Below are positions 37,185 through 45,671 of a DNA stretch of 55,793 bases, piece by piece (position 1 is the first letter of the stretch; the number at the start of each line of letters is the position of its first letter). The stretch is taken from positions 1-55,793 of the IMG/VR virus record IMGVR_UViG_3300046011_004185; one strand, 5' to 3'. Source of the DNA: a virus (taxonomy: Duplodnaviria > Caudoviricetes). The position numbers and the translations under genes are program-made. The notes under the pieces were generated by a model, which searched no databases, had not been told where the DNA came from, and was given only the letters and a program-made list of their open reading frames with translations.

Positions 37185-38257
37185 TATCTTGTGTACACCG
37201 AAATGTTAGGTGCAAAGTAAATAGGCGACTTATCGCGCTCTTCTTGCTCTGCCTCGTAGATATAACGGTCTGACATCTTTTCAAGGTAGGCAATCCGATC
37301 TGGGGCCACATTGGGCATCTCTAAGGACATCCGATGGGCGAGCATGAATACCACCGCCTCGTACCACCGCTGGGGCACCTCGAGCTCGTCCGTCAGGGCT
37401 CCAACATCCATGATCTGCCTGGAGTACCAAACCGTCATTTGGATGAACGGGTCGTTTGGCACCGGCCATAGGTACATGGTCGGCTGCGGGATCGTGCGGT
37501 CAAACCAAAACTGATAGGGCTGGTTAGCCGTAAAGTTTTGATTTGGCAGGTTCGTGTAGTCGTCCCGGTTAAGCCTAGCCATCTGAATCAGTCGGGCGTT
37601 GTTACCCACATACCACTCGCGCAGGGCTAGGGTCGTGCCGCTGTAAGCCCTGACCCGGTAATACTCTACGGTCTGGCCAGGATCGACATCAGTCCAAATC
37701 CACTCGTTATCGGTTACGACTACTTGCCCCAGGTCCTCGAGCGTCCGCCAGGTCGTTCCGTCAACCGAATACTCATAGATGATATTCCAAGTAGCAGTAC
37801 CGCCGCCTGCAACATAAGGCAGGATGCCAATAGAACCGGCGTAAATAGGATTGTCAGTGCCATAGAAGACTGAGATGTTTCCGTTGGCTGAGGTTTGTTG
37901 ACAATAAGTGTCAATATCGGAGTCTGCGACAAAGCTAACTGTCCCCCCTGCACTTGTGGCGTAATCGCCGCTCGGACGGTTCATGGTGCGATAAAGCACA
38001 TTCAGGACATCAATACAGCCCAAGGGCATTGTATAAATGTACTGATCGGCCTTCAGACCAAAAACCTTCTTATTAATTGCCCAGTAATTGATGCCCCGGT
38101 TTGCTAAGGCAGACAAGGCAAAATACAACGACTCCCGGGCAGACAAAACCTGCTCGGATGTAAGCTCCTCAGCTAGCTTTCCGCATCTGCGAGCTCCATG
38201 GTCGATCATGGTTTGAACATTGATGACCGTGGTTGAAACGGTTCCTGAGTACGCCAT
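37184..38257 (-). CDS. Head-tail adaptor/head completion protein with an inserted beta-sandwich
   Basis: ANRGINYW, LNRDDY.NLPN, QFWFDR...YLWPVP, E.PQRWYEA...LA. Confidence 0.75.
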   Translation of the reverse strand: MAYSGTVSTTVINVQTMIDHGARRCGKLAEELTSEQVLSARESLYFALSALANRGINYWAINKKVFGLKADQYIYTMPLGCIDVLNVLYRTMNRPSGDYATSAGGTVSFVADSDIDTYCQQTSANGNISVFYGTDNPIYAGSIGILPYVAGGGTATWNIIYEYSVDGTTWRTLEDLGQVVVTDNEWIWTDVDPGQTVEYYRVRAYSGTTLALREWYVGNNARLIQMARLNRDDYTNLPNQNFTANQPYQFWFDRTIPQPTMYLWPVPNDPFIQMTVWYSRQIMDVGALTDELEVPQRWYEAVVFMLAHRMSLEMPNVAPDRIAYLEKMSDRYIYEAEQEERDKSPIYFAPNISVYTR

Positions 38258-38665
38258 TTACCACCCCGGACAATTCCAGCGTTTCATGGAAGCGCGGGCC
38301 CTACTTCCGCGCTCGCTTTTCTCAGCTACTGGCCCCATTCGTGCGCAGAATGAGTCCCTACGCTTTCCCCCCTGAGGTTGCGGTGCCTTGAGATTTGATC
38401 CGGTCTCCCGGTTATATTTTGCTCGACCTTTAGCGGTCAGTCCTGCGCCCTGGCTTGCCGGCAGCTTCTCGCCGCGACCAATAGCCAGGCTTACATCGCC
38501 ACCTTTTTTCATCTTCTCAGGCAGTTTGGCATAAGACTTTTTGCTTACATTAGCTTCAGTAAACTCAGCTGCTACAGACGGCTTAATTCCAACCTTCTTA
38601 GCAAACTTCGGGTTGTACTCGGCCGCCTTCATGAGCCTAAACTGAGCTTTTGACTTGGCTGGCAT
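38258..38665 (-). CDS. Basic protein, DUF6321-like C-terminal part
   Basis: GAGLTAKGRAKYNRETGSNLKAP...RRDSFCARM...RW.C; N-terminal MPAKSKAQ.RLM.A. Confidence 0.65.
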   Translation of the reverse strand: MPAKSKAQFRLMKAAEYNPKFAKKVGIKPSVAAEFTEANVSKKSYAKLPEKMKKGGDVSLAIGRGEKLPASQGAGLTAKGRAKYNRETGSNLKAPQPQGGKRRDSFCARMGPVAEKSERGSRARASMKRWNCPGW

Positions 38666-39253
38666 TTAAGCTACCTGTTGAACGCTAACAATTATTGAAG
38701 GAATTGCTGGGTAAGCTGGTGTTACCGACGCCGGCAAATGTTCAAGCGTTACCTGAGTCGATGATGGCAGCCAAAAAATCTGCACATAGTCAGCAGAATT
38801 TAAGTCCAAAAAGATATTCCAAGCTGCAACCATGTAACCAAAAATGTTTGATGTTTTTCTGGCGGGCACCGTAACAATCGTTGCCGAATTTGCCAAATCA
38901 GAGCCATTAACTTTAAACCAAATCACCACTTCATGTTGGGTGTTGTCTACATTTTTTAACTGAGCACTGAATTGCAAATCATAAATTCCAGTATTTGGAA
39001 CTGTAATTTGAGAACCGCTTACTAGCGTTACACCATCTGATACATCTTGAGTGTTGTAAGTAATTGCGGTGCCAGCAGAAATATTTCCTGTTTGATCTGT
39101 GCTATCACTCCAAGCACCGTAAGCCCGATTGTAAGCAATGATGTCGCCTACAGTTGTCTTTTTGTTGTCACCGCTTTGAACGATGGGGACTAATTCAGCA
39201 CCAGTTAACGGCAGCGTTGCCGCAGTCATTGCTGAGATCTTGGTATCTGCCAT
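38666..39253 (-). CDS. Head or tail fibre protein with a C1q/TNF-like C-terminal domain
   Basis: MADTKIS...L.G.E.VPIVQ.G; YGAW.D..DQ...TG.Y.LQFSAQL...IWFKVNG...DYVQIFW. Confidence 0.6.
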   Translation of the reverse strand: MADTKISAMTAATLPLTGAELVPIVQSGDNKKTTVGDIIAYNRAYGAWSDSTDQTGNISAGTAITYNTQDVSDGVTLVSGSQITVPNTGIYDLQFSAQLKNVDNTQHEVVIWFKVNGSDLANSATIVTVPARKTSNIFGYMVAAWNIFLDLNSADYVQIFWLPSSTQVTLEHLPASVTPAYPAIPSIIVSVQQVA

Positions 39254-39481
39254 TTAGGACTCCAGCTCAATCTTGTCGTTATTCTCCTGAAGGACATAAC
39301 CACTGCTTTCCATCAGGATGTAATAGGGTCCAGCGGAAACCGGTCCACGAACGATTACCGATTGGCCGCCCACATCATTTCCAAGGCCGTTGCTGGCGTC
39401 AGCCACTACACCAGATGCTTGACCTGGGTAGGTGTTAGCAAAATTCGCTACGAATTCAAAACCAACGCCATGGTCGGACAT
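39254..39481 (-). CDS. Small virion structural protein
   Basis: C-terminal YILMESSGYVLQENNDKIELES motif. Confidence 0.6.
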   Translation of the reverse strand: MSDHGVGFEFVANFANTYPGQASGVVADASNGLGNDVGGQSVIVRGPVSAGPYYILMESSGYVLQENNDKIELES

Positions 39482-39786
39482 TACGCAATTCCTGCCTGAA
39501 TGAGTTTTAACACCACGGTTCCATCACCTGAATTCATCGTCACTCGAATCGCTGTCACCGGGAAAGCATAGTTTCCGTCAGCGTTTGCAATTTGAGCGGC
39601 TACTGTTGGATGAGGAAACCATGTGGTAAACCCAACCGCTGGGTCATCAAAAGTATGCTGAACCGTGTAGTTCACAGTTCCGGTTTTAACAACCCCAAAG
39701 CCGACATTGAAAGGTGTGGCATTCAGGTTCATAACAATCGGTGTGCTTGAACCAACTCCCACCTGGGTTACAGTTTGTAGCTTCAT
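39481..39786 (-). CDS. Small beta-rich virion protein
   Basis: YTVQHTFDD...NYAFPVTAIR...IQAG. Confidence 0.65.
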   Translation of the reverse strand: MKLQTVTQVGVGSSTPIVMNLNATPFNVGFGVVKTGTVNYTVQHTFDDPAVGFTTWFPHPTVAAQIANADGNYAFPVTAIRVTMNSGDGTVVLKLIQAGIA

Positions 39787-39797
39787 GTCTAATCCTT

Positions 39798-39825
39798 AAA
39801 GAGCGGGGGCTTTCGCCCCCACCTC
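39798..39825 (-). terminator. Hairpin, probable terminator
   Basis: GGGGGC-GAAA-GCCCCC then GCTCTTT on the minus strand, just after the stop at 39828. Confidence 0.6.
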
Positions 39826-39827
39826 AT

Positions 39828-40937
39828 TTAGCACTTCACTCTACCGCCGCGCTTTTTGCCAGGCGTAACCGTTACTGATTTCTCAGTTTCGGTGACACTA
39901 TCACCAAATCTTCTGACAGGTTTTTGAATTTCATCAAGCATCTCTTGAAACATACGACGCTCGAAATCAGACTTAACGCCTTGGCCTTGAGCTTTTTCTT
40001 GCATTTTGCGCTCAGCATCACTAACTGAGCCACCAGACCGCATTTTCTTTCCGTATTTGCTATAGACCTCTACATCTTTAGTCTTAGCAGCCTTCATAGC
40101 GGGGGCGTTTTCTTTCTCAAATTGGCTATGCAGCCGCTTTTCAGCAGGCGTCATGACCGCGCCACCTTTTTTGAAGGTACCGGAAAGTTTGCTGATGCTT
40201 ACGGGTGTAGACGGGGTTTTATGGCCCTGGGGCATGCTTTCTGCCTTACCCGAGTCATTTACCGCTCCACCCTTAGCATACTTTTTTGCGGCACCACCTT
40301 TCTTGTAGCCGCCACCGTTACCCAGCTTCACGCCACCTGTTTTGGCAGGCGAGTGATCAGGCTTGGTCGTGACCATCTTGGTGTTTTTGTACTCACCAGC
40401 GTCACGGGAACCTTCTTTCTCGGTGATGATGCCGCCAGCGGCCTTTTTCATAACCTTGCCGCCGTACTTATAGCCGCCTTGACCGTATACCACGCCACCG
40501 GTTGCGTAACCGCCCTGACCTTTAACTACACCGCCAGTCTTCAGACCTTTGTGAGCTTTAGAGGCAGGCTTTCCGGCATGCTCTTTAAGTTTCTTGGCGA
40601 CATCGGATGTGGCTTTCGCCTCAGCCTTATGCTCGGCCATCGACTCCTCAGCCTCGCCACCTTTTTTCATCATGGCAGCGGCACGGCCTACGGGGGCGGC
40701 AGGACCGGCACCCATACCGCGCATCATGCGACGACGGTCAGCCAGTGCGGGACGCATCGGTGACTTACCAGGCATTGAACCACCGCGAGCAGGCATACCT
40801 GCCGGCATCGGGGTAGCGGTAGGTGCTAAGGCACCGCCCATTTGCATTTTCTTTTCTACTTTTCCACCTTTTTTGAGCTTTAACTCAATAGATGGCTCTG
40901 TGGTCATCATTTTGACCATCGGCTTAAACTGACCCAT
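39828..40937 (-). CDS. Basic low-complexity protein with about 12-14 [MYFLK]xxGGx[VILA] repeats (probable internal head protein)
   Basis: Start trimmed to MGQFKPM after AAGGAG; LKKGGKV, MQMGGAL, MKKGGEA, LKTGGVV, YATGGVV, YKYGGKV, KAAGGII, YKKGGAA, YAKGGAV, FKKGGAV, MRSGGSV, KKRGGRV. Confidence 0.75.
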   Translation of the reverse strand: MGQFKPMVKMMTTEPSIELKLKKGGKVEKKMQMGGALAPTATPMPAGMPARGGSMPGKSPMRPALADRRRMMRGMGAGPAAPVGRAAAMMKKGGEAEESMAEHKAEAKATSDVAKKLKEHAGKPASKAHKGLKTGGVVKGQGGYATGGVVYGQGGYKYGGKVMKKAAGGIITEKEGSRDAGEYKNTKMVTTKPDHSPAKTGGVKLGNGGGYKKGGAAKKYAKGGAVNDSGKAESMPQGHKTPSTPVSISKLSGTFKKGGAVMTPAEKRLHSQFEKENAPAMKAAKTKDVEVYSKYGKKMRSGGSVSDAERKMQEKAQGQGVKSDFERRMFQEMLDEIQKPVRRFGDSVTETEKSVTVTPGKKRGGRVKC

Positions 40938-41103
40938 TTTCTGGCTCCTTAGATTCGGTTGACTCAGGAATATCCAATCTGGCAACTAACGCATTCATGA
41001 CATCGATGGCCGCCTGAGATGCTACGGCCACATCATGTGCATGCTCGCGCTGCTTGATCATTTTGGAAATTTCTTCCTGCAAAAATTCCTTAGTGATCTG
41101 CAT
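40924..41103 (-). CDS. Small coiled-coil protein (59 aa; not in the ORF track)
   Basis: TAATG-coupled; MQITKEFLQEEISKMIKQREHAHDVAVASQAAIDVMNALVARLDIPESTESKEPENGSV. Confidence 0.65.
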   Translation of the reverse strand: MQITKEFLQEEISKMIKQREHAHDVAVASQAAIDVMNALVARLDIPESTESKEPENGSV

Positions 41104-41702
41104 TAACTAAAAGAAGCGTAGGCCGGGACATAGTAATCAGTGCCACCAATCCGAACCTTGATTGCCTTGGACACGGTAGCGACTGCGGTTGCCGTTGGGG
41201 CAATCGTTGCTGCTGGGCCAGATGCAATGTTGATCAGCGACTGCACTTCACCGGTCTGAGTTCCGCTATCCGTTACCCGGATAAAGGACGACTCTGCGCC
41301 CAAAGTCACATTGACGCTGTAGTCGGTGTCCAGCTGCAGAACAGCCAGAGTGCCGCCAGGAGTTGTTGCTGAGCCGCCCAAGGTTGCACGGATGGCGTTC
41401 GCTGCACCAGAGATCGTACCGGTGGTATTGATCGAGGTGGAGATGTGTGCGCCGTTAATCGTGCCGCCAGCCGCTGCACCTGCGCCGGTTACCCGGGTAA
41501 ATGCACGGAGCGTTTCGCCAGAGCCAGTGCTGGTGATATCCAGACGCTGATAAGAAAGACGGGTATCGCCAGTTGTTGCCGAGCTCGTTGCATAAGAGCT
41601 GGAGATATTTTGCGCAGAAGTTACGGAAATCGGATCTGCGGCACTGCCAGACTCAAAACCGTTGTTTGATCTTACTGGGCCGGAAAAAGTAGTACGGGCC
41701 AT
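41103..41702 (-). CDS. Putative capsid decoration/head fibre protein
   Basis: MARTTFSGPVRS.NGF N-terminus after AAAGGA; C-terminal IKVRIGGTDYYVPAY; first gene after the MCP. Confidence 0.65.
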   Translation of the reverse strand: MARTTFSGPVRSNNGFESGSAADPISVTSAQNISSSYATSSATTGDTRLSYQRLDITSTGSGETLRAFTRVTGAGAAAGGTINGAHISTSINTTGTISGAANAIRATLGGSATTPGGTLAVLQLDTDYSVNVTLGAESSFIRVTDSGTQTGEVQSLINIASGPAATIAPTATAVATVSKAIKVRIGGTDYYVPAYASFS

Positions 41703-41711
41703 GATATTCCT

Positions 41712-41784
41712 TTCGTGTAGTAGCACCTTGCCTTACTGTCTCTACTAAGTCTGCTAGGCCAGTCAGTAAGGCTAAACATCCTAG
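41712..41784 (-). ncRNA. Structured RNA downstream of the major capsid gene (Mu-gpT-DE-like candidate)
   Basis: Stem GCCTTACTG/CAGTAAGGC; loop CCTAG pairs with upstream CTAGG and loop TAGTAG pairs with downstream CTACTA. Confidence 0.55.
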
Positions 41785-41818
41785 AAAACCCCCACCGGAT
41801 CGCTCCGGTGAGGGGGTT
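41785..41818 (-). terminator. Rho-independent terminator after the MCP gene
   Basis: AACCCCCTCACCGGA-GCGA-TCCGGTGGGGGTTTT on the minus strand. Confidence 0.7.
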
Positions 41819-41824
41819 ACTTCT

Positions 41825-42739
41825 TTAGACTCCAGGAGTACCGTACATAGCACGGGGGTCCGTGAAGCCAACATCGTAACGCTCGGTTGCCTTGTACCGC
41901 ATGGTGTCGGTCTCAAAGTCACCTTCCATGGTCTTCTCCAGACCACGGCGCATCATCAGCTTCATGCCTTCCGGAGCGTCAGTCTGCACCCACCATGCGG
42001 TGGAGGAAGTCAGACGCGACAGAACAGCGGCACCCTCGTCGAGCAGTCCGATGGACTTGATCGGGTTGATGTCGTTGTCTGCGGTACCAGAACGCAGAAC
42101 GGACTTCAGCAGAACCTCGGCCTGGAAGACATTGCCCGGGGCCACCACCAGTTGGCGGGGAACCAGACGGATCTTCTTGCCGTTGTTGTCCACTGCCTGA
42201 CGGATCTGAATGAGCATCTGCTCAAGCGAGGTCTGTGACAGGTTAGCGGGCGTTGTCAGCAGGTTGCTGAAGGTGCCGTTTACGATCGGGTGCGAAGCGG
42301 AGTTCAGCTGAACGCCGTCGCCACCGGGGTAGGCACTGTTAAATGCGCGGTTAAGCACATTGGCCGACAGGGTCTCCTTGGTCTCGATCAGGGACTGAGC
42401 GAGATGGCGGGCATACACCTGGCCGATACGGATGTGGTCGCCGTCTTCAACAAGAACTTTGGTCAGTGCAAAGGCCAGGCCATAGACACTGTACACATAG
42501 CGCTTGAGGAAGAGCACACCGCCCTGCTGATAGGTAACCGGAGTTCCATCAGGCAGTTGCGGAGCTGCGCCAAATCCATAAAGGACCGGCTCTTCGTGAT
42601 AGTTACGGGGAATACCTTGTTGCTCACGGAAAACCCGTGACCACTCGTCGGTACGCTGATCATAGACTCCGTCGAAGCATTCATTGAGGATCGGCTCAAC
42701 TATGCTTCTAAAGTCGGTACTGCGCATCGGGGCTGCCAT
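41825..42739 (-). CDS. Major capsid protein (HK97 fold, Mu gpT-like family)
   Basis: EE..L.GFG.AP...G....Y, E...ANVLN.AF...GGDG..L....HP, P.QL.V.P, EGDFET..MRYKA.ERY..GF.DPR..YG.PG. Confidence 0.9.
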   Translation of the reverse strand: MAAPMRSTDFRSIVEPILNECFDGVYDQRTDEWSRVFREQQGIPRNYHEEPVLYGFGAAPQLPDGTPVTYQQGGVLFLKRYVYSVYGLAFALTKVLVEDGDHIRIGQVYARHLAQSLIETKETLSANVLNRAFNSAYPGGDGVQLNSASHPIVNGTFSNLLTTPANLSQTSLEQMLIQIRQAVDNNGKKIRLVPRQLVVAPGNVFQAEVLLKSVLRSGTADNDINPIKSIGLLDEGAAVLSRLTSSTAWWVQTDAPEGMKLMMRRGLEKTMEGDFETDTMRYKATERYDVGFTDPRAMYGTPGV

Positions 42740-42752
42740 TTATCTGCCCTCC

Positions 42753-43352
42753 TTAGATTGCGTTAACAGTACCTGCGTACTGCGACTCGCTGATTTGTAC
42801 CCGTACAATCGTGTACGCATCTCCCCACGCATTGTCTGGGTAGGGGGCTAGATCGATGACACGACACTGCTTGGCGTTACCCGAACCAGCAGCCGAGGTA
42901 CCTAAGGTAGCCTGCGACAGACCAGTTGTGGTGGAGCCGGCGGTCGAGTTCGTGATATCAAACTCGTCACCAATCGCGGTCTGAGACAGGGAACCATCTA
43001 CCTGGATCTCATAGACGATGTTGGCGTCTTGATAAAAATAAGCAATTACGGAGCCAACTTGGAAAGACTCGTTAGCGGGCCAGTAGTTGCTTACACGGCG
43101 ACGACCAGTGGCATCGGTCCACTCAACACCAGCGAAGGCACCTAAAAATGCCTCACCAGTTGCTGCAGGCTCGATCCAACCAGCGGTGTTCATCTTAACG
43201 GGTTGACCTTTCAGAATGTTGCTAGCAAAGCCAGCGGAGACATTACCTGAGGTCGAAACCGCTTGAATTCCGTTTGCAAGCGCGAAAGCACGATCCAAAC
43301 CAGAGGGATGGTATGCCGGGCGCAGGCCAAACGGAGCAGAGGTTGCACTCAT
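42753..43352 (-). CDS. Putative capsid cement/minor capsid protein
   Basis: APFGLRP...G.F.GVE.TD..G...YEIQ...G...TGLS; immediately upstream of the MCP. Confidence 0.7.
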   Translation of the reverse strand: MSATSAPFGLRPAYHPSGLDRAFALANGIQAVSTSGNVSAGFASNILKGQPVKMNTAGWIEPAATGEAFLGAFAGVEWTDATGRRRVSNYWPANESFQVGSVIAYFYQDANIVYEIQVDGSLSQTAIGDEFDITNSTAGSTTTGLSQATLGTSAAGSGNAKQCRVIDLAPYPDNAWGDAYTIVRVQISESQYAGTVNAI

Positions 43353-43390
43353 TTGCTACTCCTTAATGGTTGATAAATCCTCCCTTGCCA

Positions 43391-43927
43391 TTAAGAAAAG
43401 ATTGGCGCGGGAAGGGGTTTGTCAAGTTCGCCTAGTCCCTCGCCCTCAACCTGCCCGAGTCTTCGACCCGAACTGTCTTTGCCGACCTGTTGTTCCGCCT
43501 GCACCTTGATTTTATTTGCTTCCTCAAGAGGTTGATCGTGGTGAAAGTGGGTCATGATGGCCTGATAAATTTCTTCAGGAATCTTGAATAACAACATTTC
43601 ATTGCATGCGACATGACCAATGTGTTCGCCAGCCTTTACGCGATAATTTTCAAACCCTGAGATTTCATCGGCGCTAACCGGAACATACCCAAGGCGCATT
43701 CGCTTATCGATGCTGTCGTAACTATTAGTGGTTGAGAGCCAAACGACATGCCACCCAGGAATATGGGGGGCCTTTGGCAATGCTTCTGGCGTGAATTCAT
43801 CCTTCCACATCTTCAGACGCTCATCAGATGACACGAACATATCCTCCGGGGCCTTACGGCTTGCGTCCTCGCTAGCACGAGTTTCGCGTGATCCGGCAGA
43901 TACAGATTTTTTTAATCGAGAATCCAT
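43391..43927 (-). CDS. Conserved head-morphogenesis region protein
   Basis: PGW..VWLST...KR.RLGY.PV...LLFKIPEE. Confidence 0.65.
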   Translation of the reverse strand: MDSRLKKSVSAGSRETRASEDASRKAPEDMFVSSDERLKMWKDEFTPEALPKAPHIPGWHVVWLSTTNSYDSIDKRMRLGYVPVSADEISGFENYRVKAGEHIGHVACNEMLLFKIPEEIYQAIMTHFHHDQPLEEANKIKVQAEQQVGKDSSGRRLGQVEGEGLGELDKPLPAPIFS

Positions 43928-43936
43928 TGTTAGCTC

Positions 43937-44896
43937 CTATTTTCGTTGTGCTGCTTCACGGGCATATCGGGCAACCATCTTGGCCTTCATCTTGGGATCG
44001 TCCCAAAACCCAGCCTCTTTCATTGCTCGTACCTGCTCGACGCTCAAGGTAAAGGTGTTCCGGCTTCCGCCACCACCTGTCTCCCTCTCGCTTCCTGTCA
44101 CAACGCTTTTCGGACCTCTCTTTCTTGGAGTCTCGTAAGTAGAGTCAGTATAGGCATCACTTTCTTCATCCTGCAACTCAGTTTCAACTCGGGCGGAAAG
44201 CTCTTGCCAATAGGTTTGAGTCGCCGGGTTAAAACCTTCTCGAGCCAGTTGGGCATCGATCTGTTTGGCCATACGGCTTTTGGGATCGCCACCCTCTGGG
44301 TCGTACCAAGAGTTCTTTTCCATCCAACGCTTGGCGTACTTCTGAACCATGGGGCTCTCGGCTGCCTGGTAGACCTGAGCCTGCTGCTCTTGCTGAGCCT
44401 TCATTGCAGCCAGCTGGTCGTACCGATCCTTGGCGGCCATCATAGCCTCCTGAGCTCCCACTAAGGCGGTACCGTCAGCCTTATCGGTAGCCTCTTTCAA
44501 GCGGATCTTGGCGTACTTGATCCGAGCCTCCTCGTCTTCCATAGCCTTTTTGAGCTCGGCAAGACGCTTAGCCTCAATCTCCCGCTTAAAGGCGGCCATC
44601 TGCTCGCGCATCTCTTGGATCTCACGATCCTGAGCCGCAAGCCGCTCGTCCTTCTCGTTTTGAACCCGCTTGATGTACTCCTTCTTGGCCTTACGGCGGG
44701 CTCTCCTGGCCTCCCGGACGGCGTCTGTGTCGCCCGGTTGGTCTTGGTCTTCGTCCTCTGCCGGGGCGGCTTCAGCCTTTGGGGCCTCCTCCTGCTCCGG
44801 TTCATCGGTAAGCATGCTGTCAGGCAGCTCAACCGTTAGAGAACCGTCTTTTTCCTCGGAAATCTTTATATCTTCTTCTTTTGCTTCTGCGTTCAT
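43937..44896 (-). CDS. Scaffolding protein
   Basis: Acidic N-terminus, long coiled coil, W...NSWY, C-terminal LS.EQV.AMKEAG. Confidence 0.75.
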   Translation of the reverse strand: MNAEAKEEDIKISEEKDGSLTVELPDSMLTDEPEQEEAPKAEAAPAEDEDQDQPGDTDAVREARRARRKAKKEYIKRVQNEKDERLAAQDREIQEMREQMAAFKREIEAKRLAELKKAMEDEEARIKYAKIRLKEATDKADGTALVGAQEAMMAAKDRYDQLAAMKAQQEQQAQVYQAAESPMVQKYAKRWMEKNSWYDPEGGDPKSRMAKQIDAQLAREGFNPATQTYWQELSARVETELQDEESDAYTDSTYETPRKRGPKSVVTGSERETGGGGSRNTFTLSVEQVRAMKEAGFWDDPKMKAKMVARYAREAAQRK

Positions 44897-44905
44897 GATC
44901 TACCC

Positions 44906-45334
44906 CTATACGAAGGCTTTCATTGCAAGTGGATCTCCGGTCAACTTGGCAATCACCTCATGGTCATTAATCACCATGAATAGAGCCGGATCTTCTTCGC
45001 CTGGGACTTCTACCTCCCAGCGATCTCCACCCCACTTAGGAACACGCAAAAAGTCCCCCACCTCGCACCACGACCCCTCGGGCCACGGTTCCATGGTGTC
45101 TCGCTTTTTAAACGCCAAGGGGCCAATTTCCACGACTTTAGCCACCATGTTGTTCCACTTCTCGGTTTCCTTGGTTTCTTGAACCAAGATAATCCCAGCG
45201 CTTGTAGCCTTCTTTTTTGAGCGTCGCAGCTGAACTAGGATGCGGGCTCCAAGAGGTTTGGCACCGGGGTCTACGCTCGGAAATGCCCAAGCCAACTCAG
45301 CGTCGTTAGACGCTACCGGTTCATTCATCTTCAT
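44906..45334 (-). CDS. groES: GroES-like co-chaperonin
   Basis: KPLGARILV...TSAGIILV...AKVVEIGP...VGDF..VPKWGG...VINDHEVIA. Confidence 0.85.
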   Translation of the reverse strand: MKMNEPVASNDAELAWAFPSVDPGAKPLGARILVQLRRSKKKATSAGIILVQETKETEKWNNMVAKVVEIGPLAFKKRDTMEPWPEGSWCEVGDFLRVPKWGGDRWEVEVPGEEDPALFMVINDHEVIAKLTGDPLAMKAFV

Positions 45335-45506
45335 CGTCTTCCTTTAAAAGGTTATTCAGGATGTCTAAGGCCTCCTGTAGCCCTTGATGCTGGCCGACTA
45401 GCCGCTGATAAGACTCCCATGTATTCGCCATACCTCCAGCGAGGGACGAGGCTATTTCAGCCTGCCTAGTCTTAATCGAGCCAATCAGATCCGAAGTTGT
45501 GGTCAT
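45321..45506 (-). CDS. Small hypothetical protein
   Basis: L..G....ESYQRLVG...GLQEAL pattern; located between the portal and GroES genes. Confidence 0.7.
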   Translation of the reverse strand: MTTTSDLIGSIKTRQAEIASSLAGGMANTWESYQRLVGQHQGLQEALDILNNLLKEDDEDE

Positions 45507-45670
45507 TTTTCGTTAGCTTGTGCAAGACCCCCTTTCGGTTCCGATTTGGTATCCGAATTGGTTTTCTGCCCTTTAGGCTGTAGGCTTTCACCATCAAGAG
45601 GCACACCCATAGCCAGGCGGGCGTGGTAGTTAACCAGCTCGCTTTGCTGCTCTTTGTCGTAATCAGACAT
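45503..45670 (-). CDS. Small hypothetical protein (55 aa; not in the ORF track)
   Basis: AAGGAG RBS; MSDYDKEQQSELVNYHARLAMGVPLDGESLQPKGQKTNSDTKSEPKGGLAQANEK. Confidence 0.6.
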   Translation of the reverse strand: MSDYDKEQQSELVNYHARLAMGVPLDGESLQPKGQKTNSDTKSEPKGGLAQANEK

Positions 45671-45671
45671 T

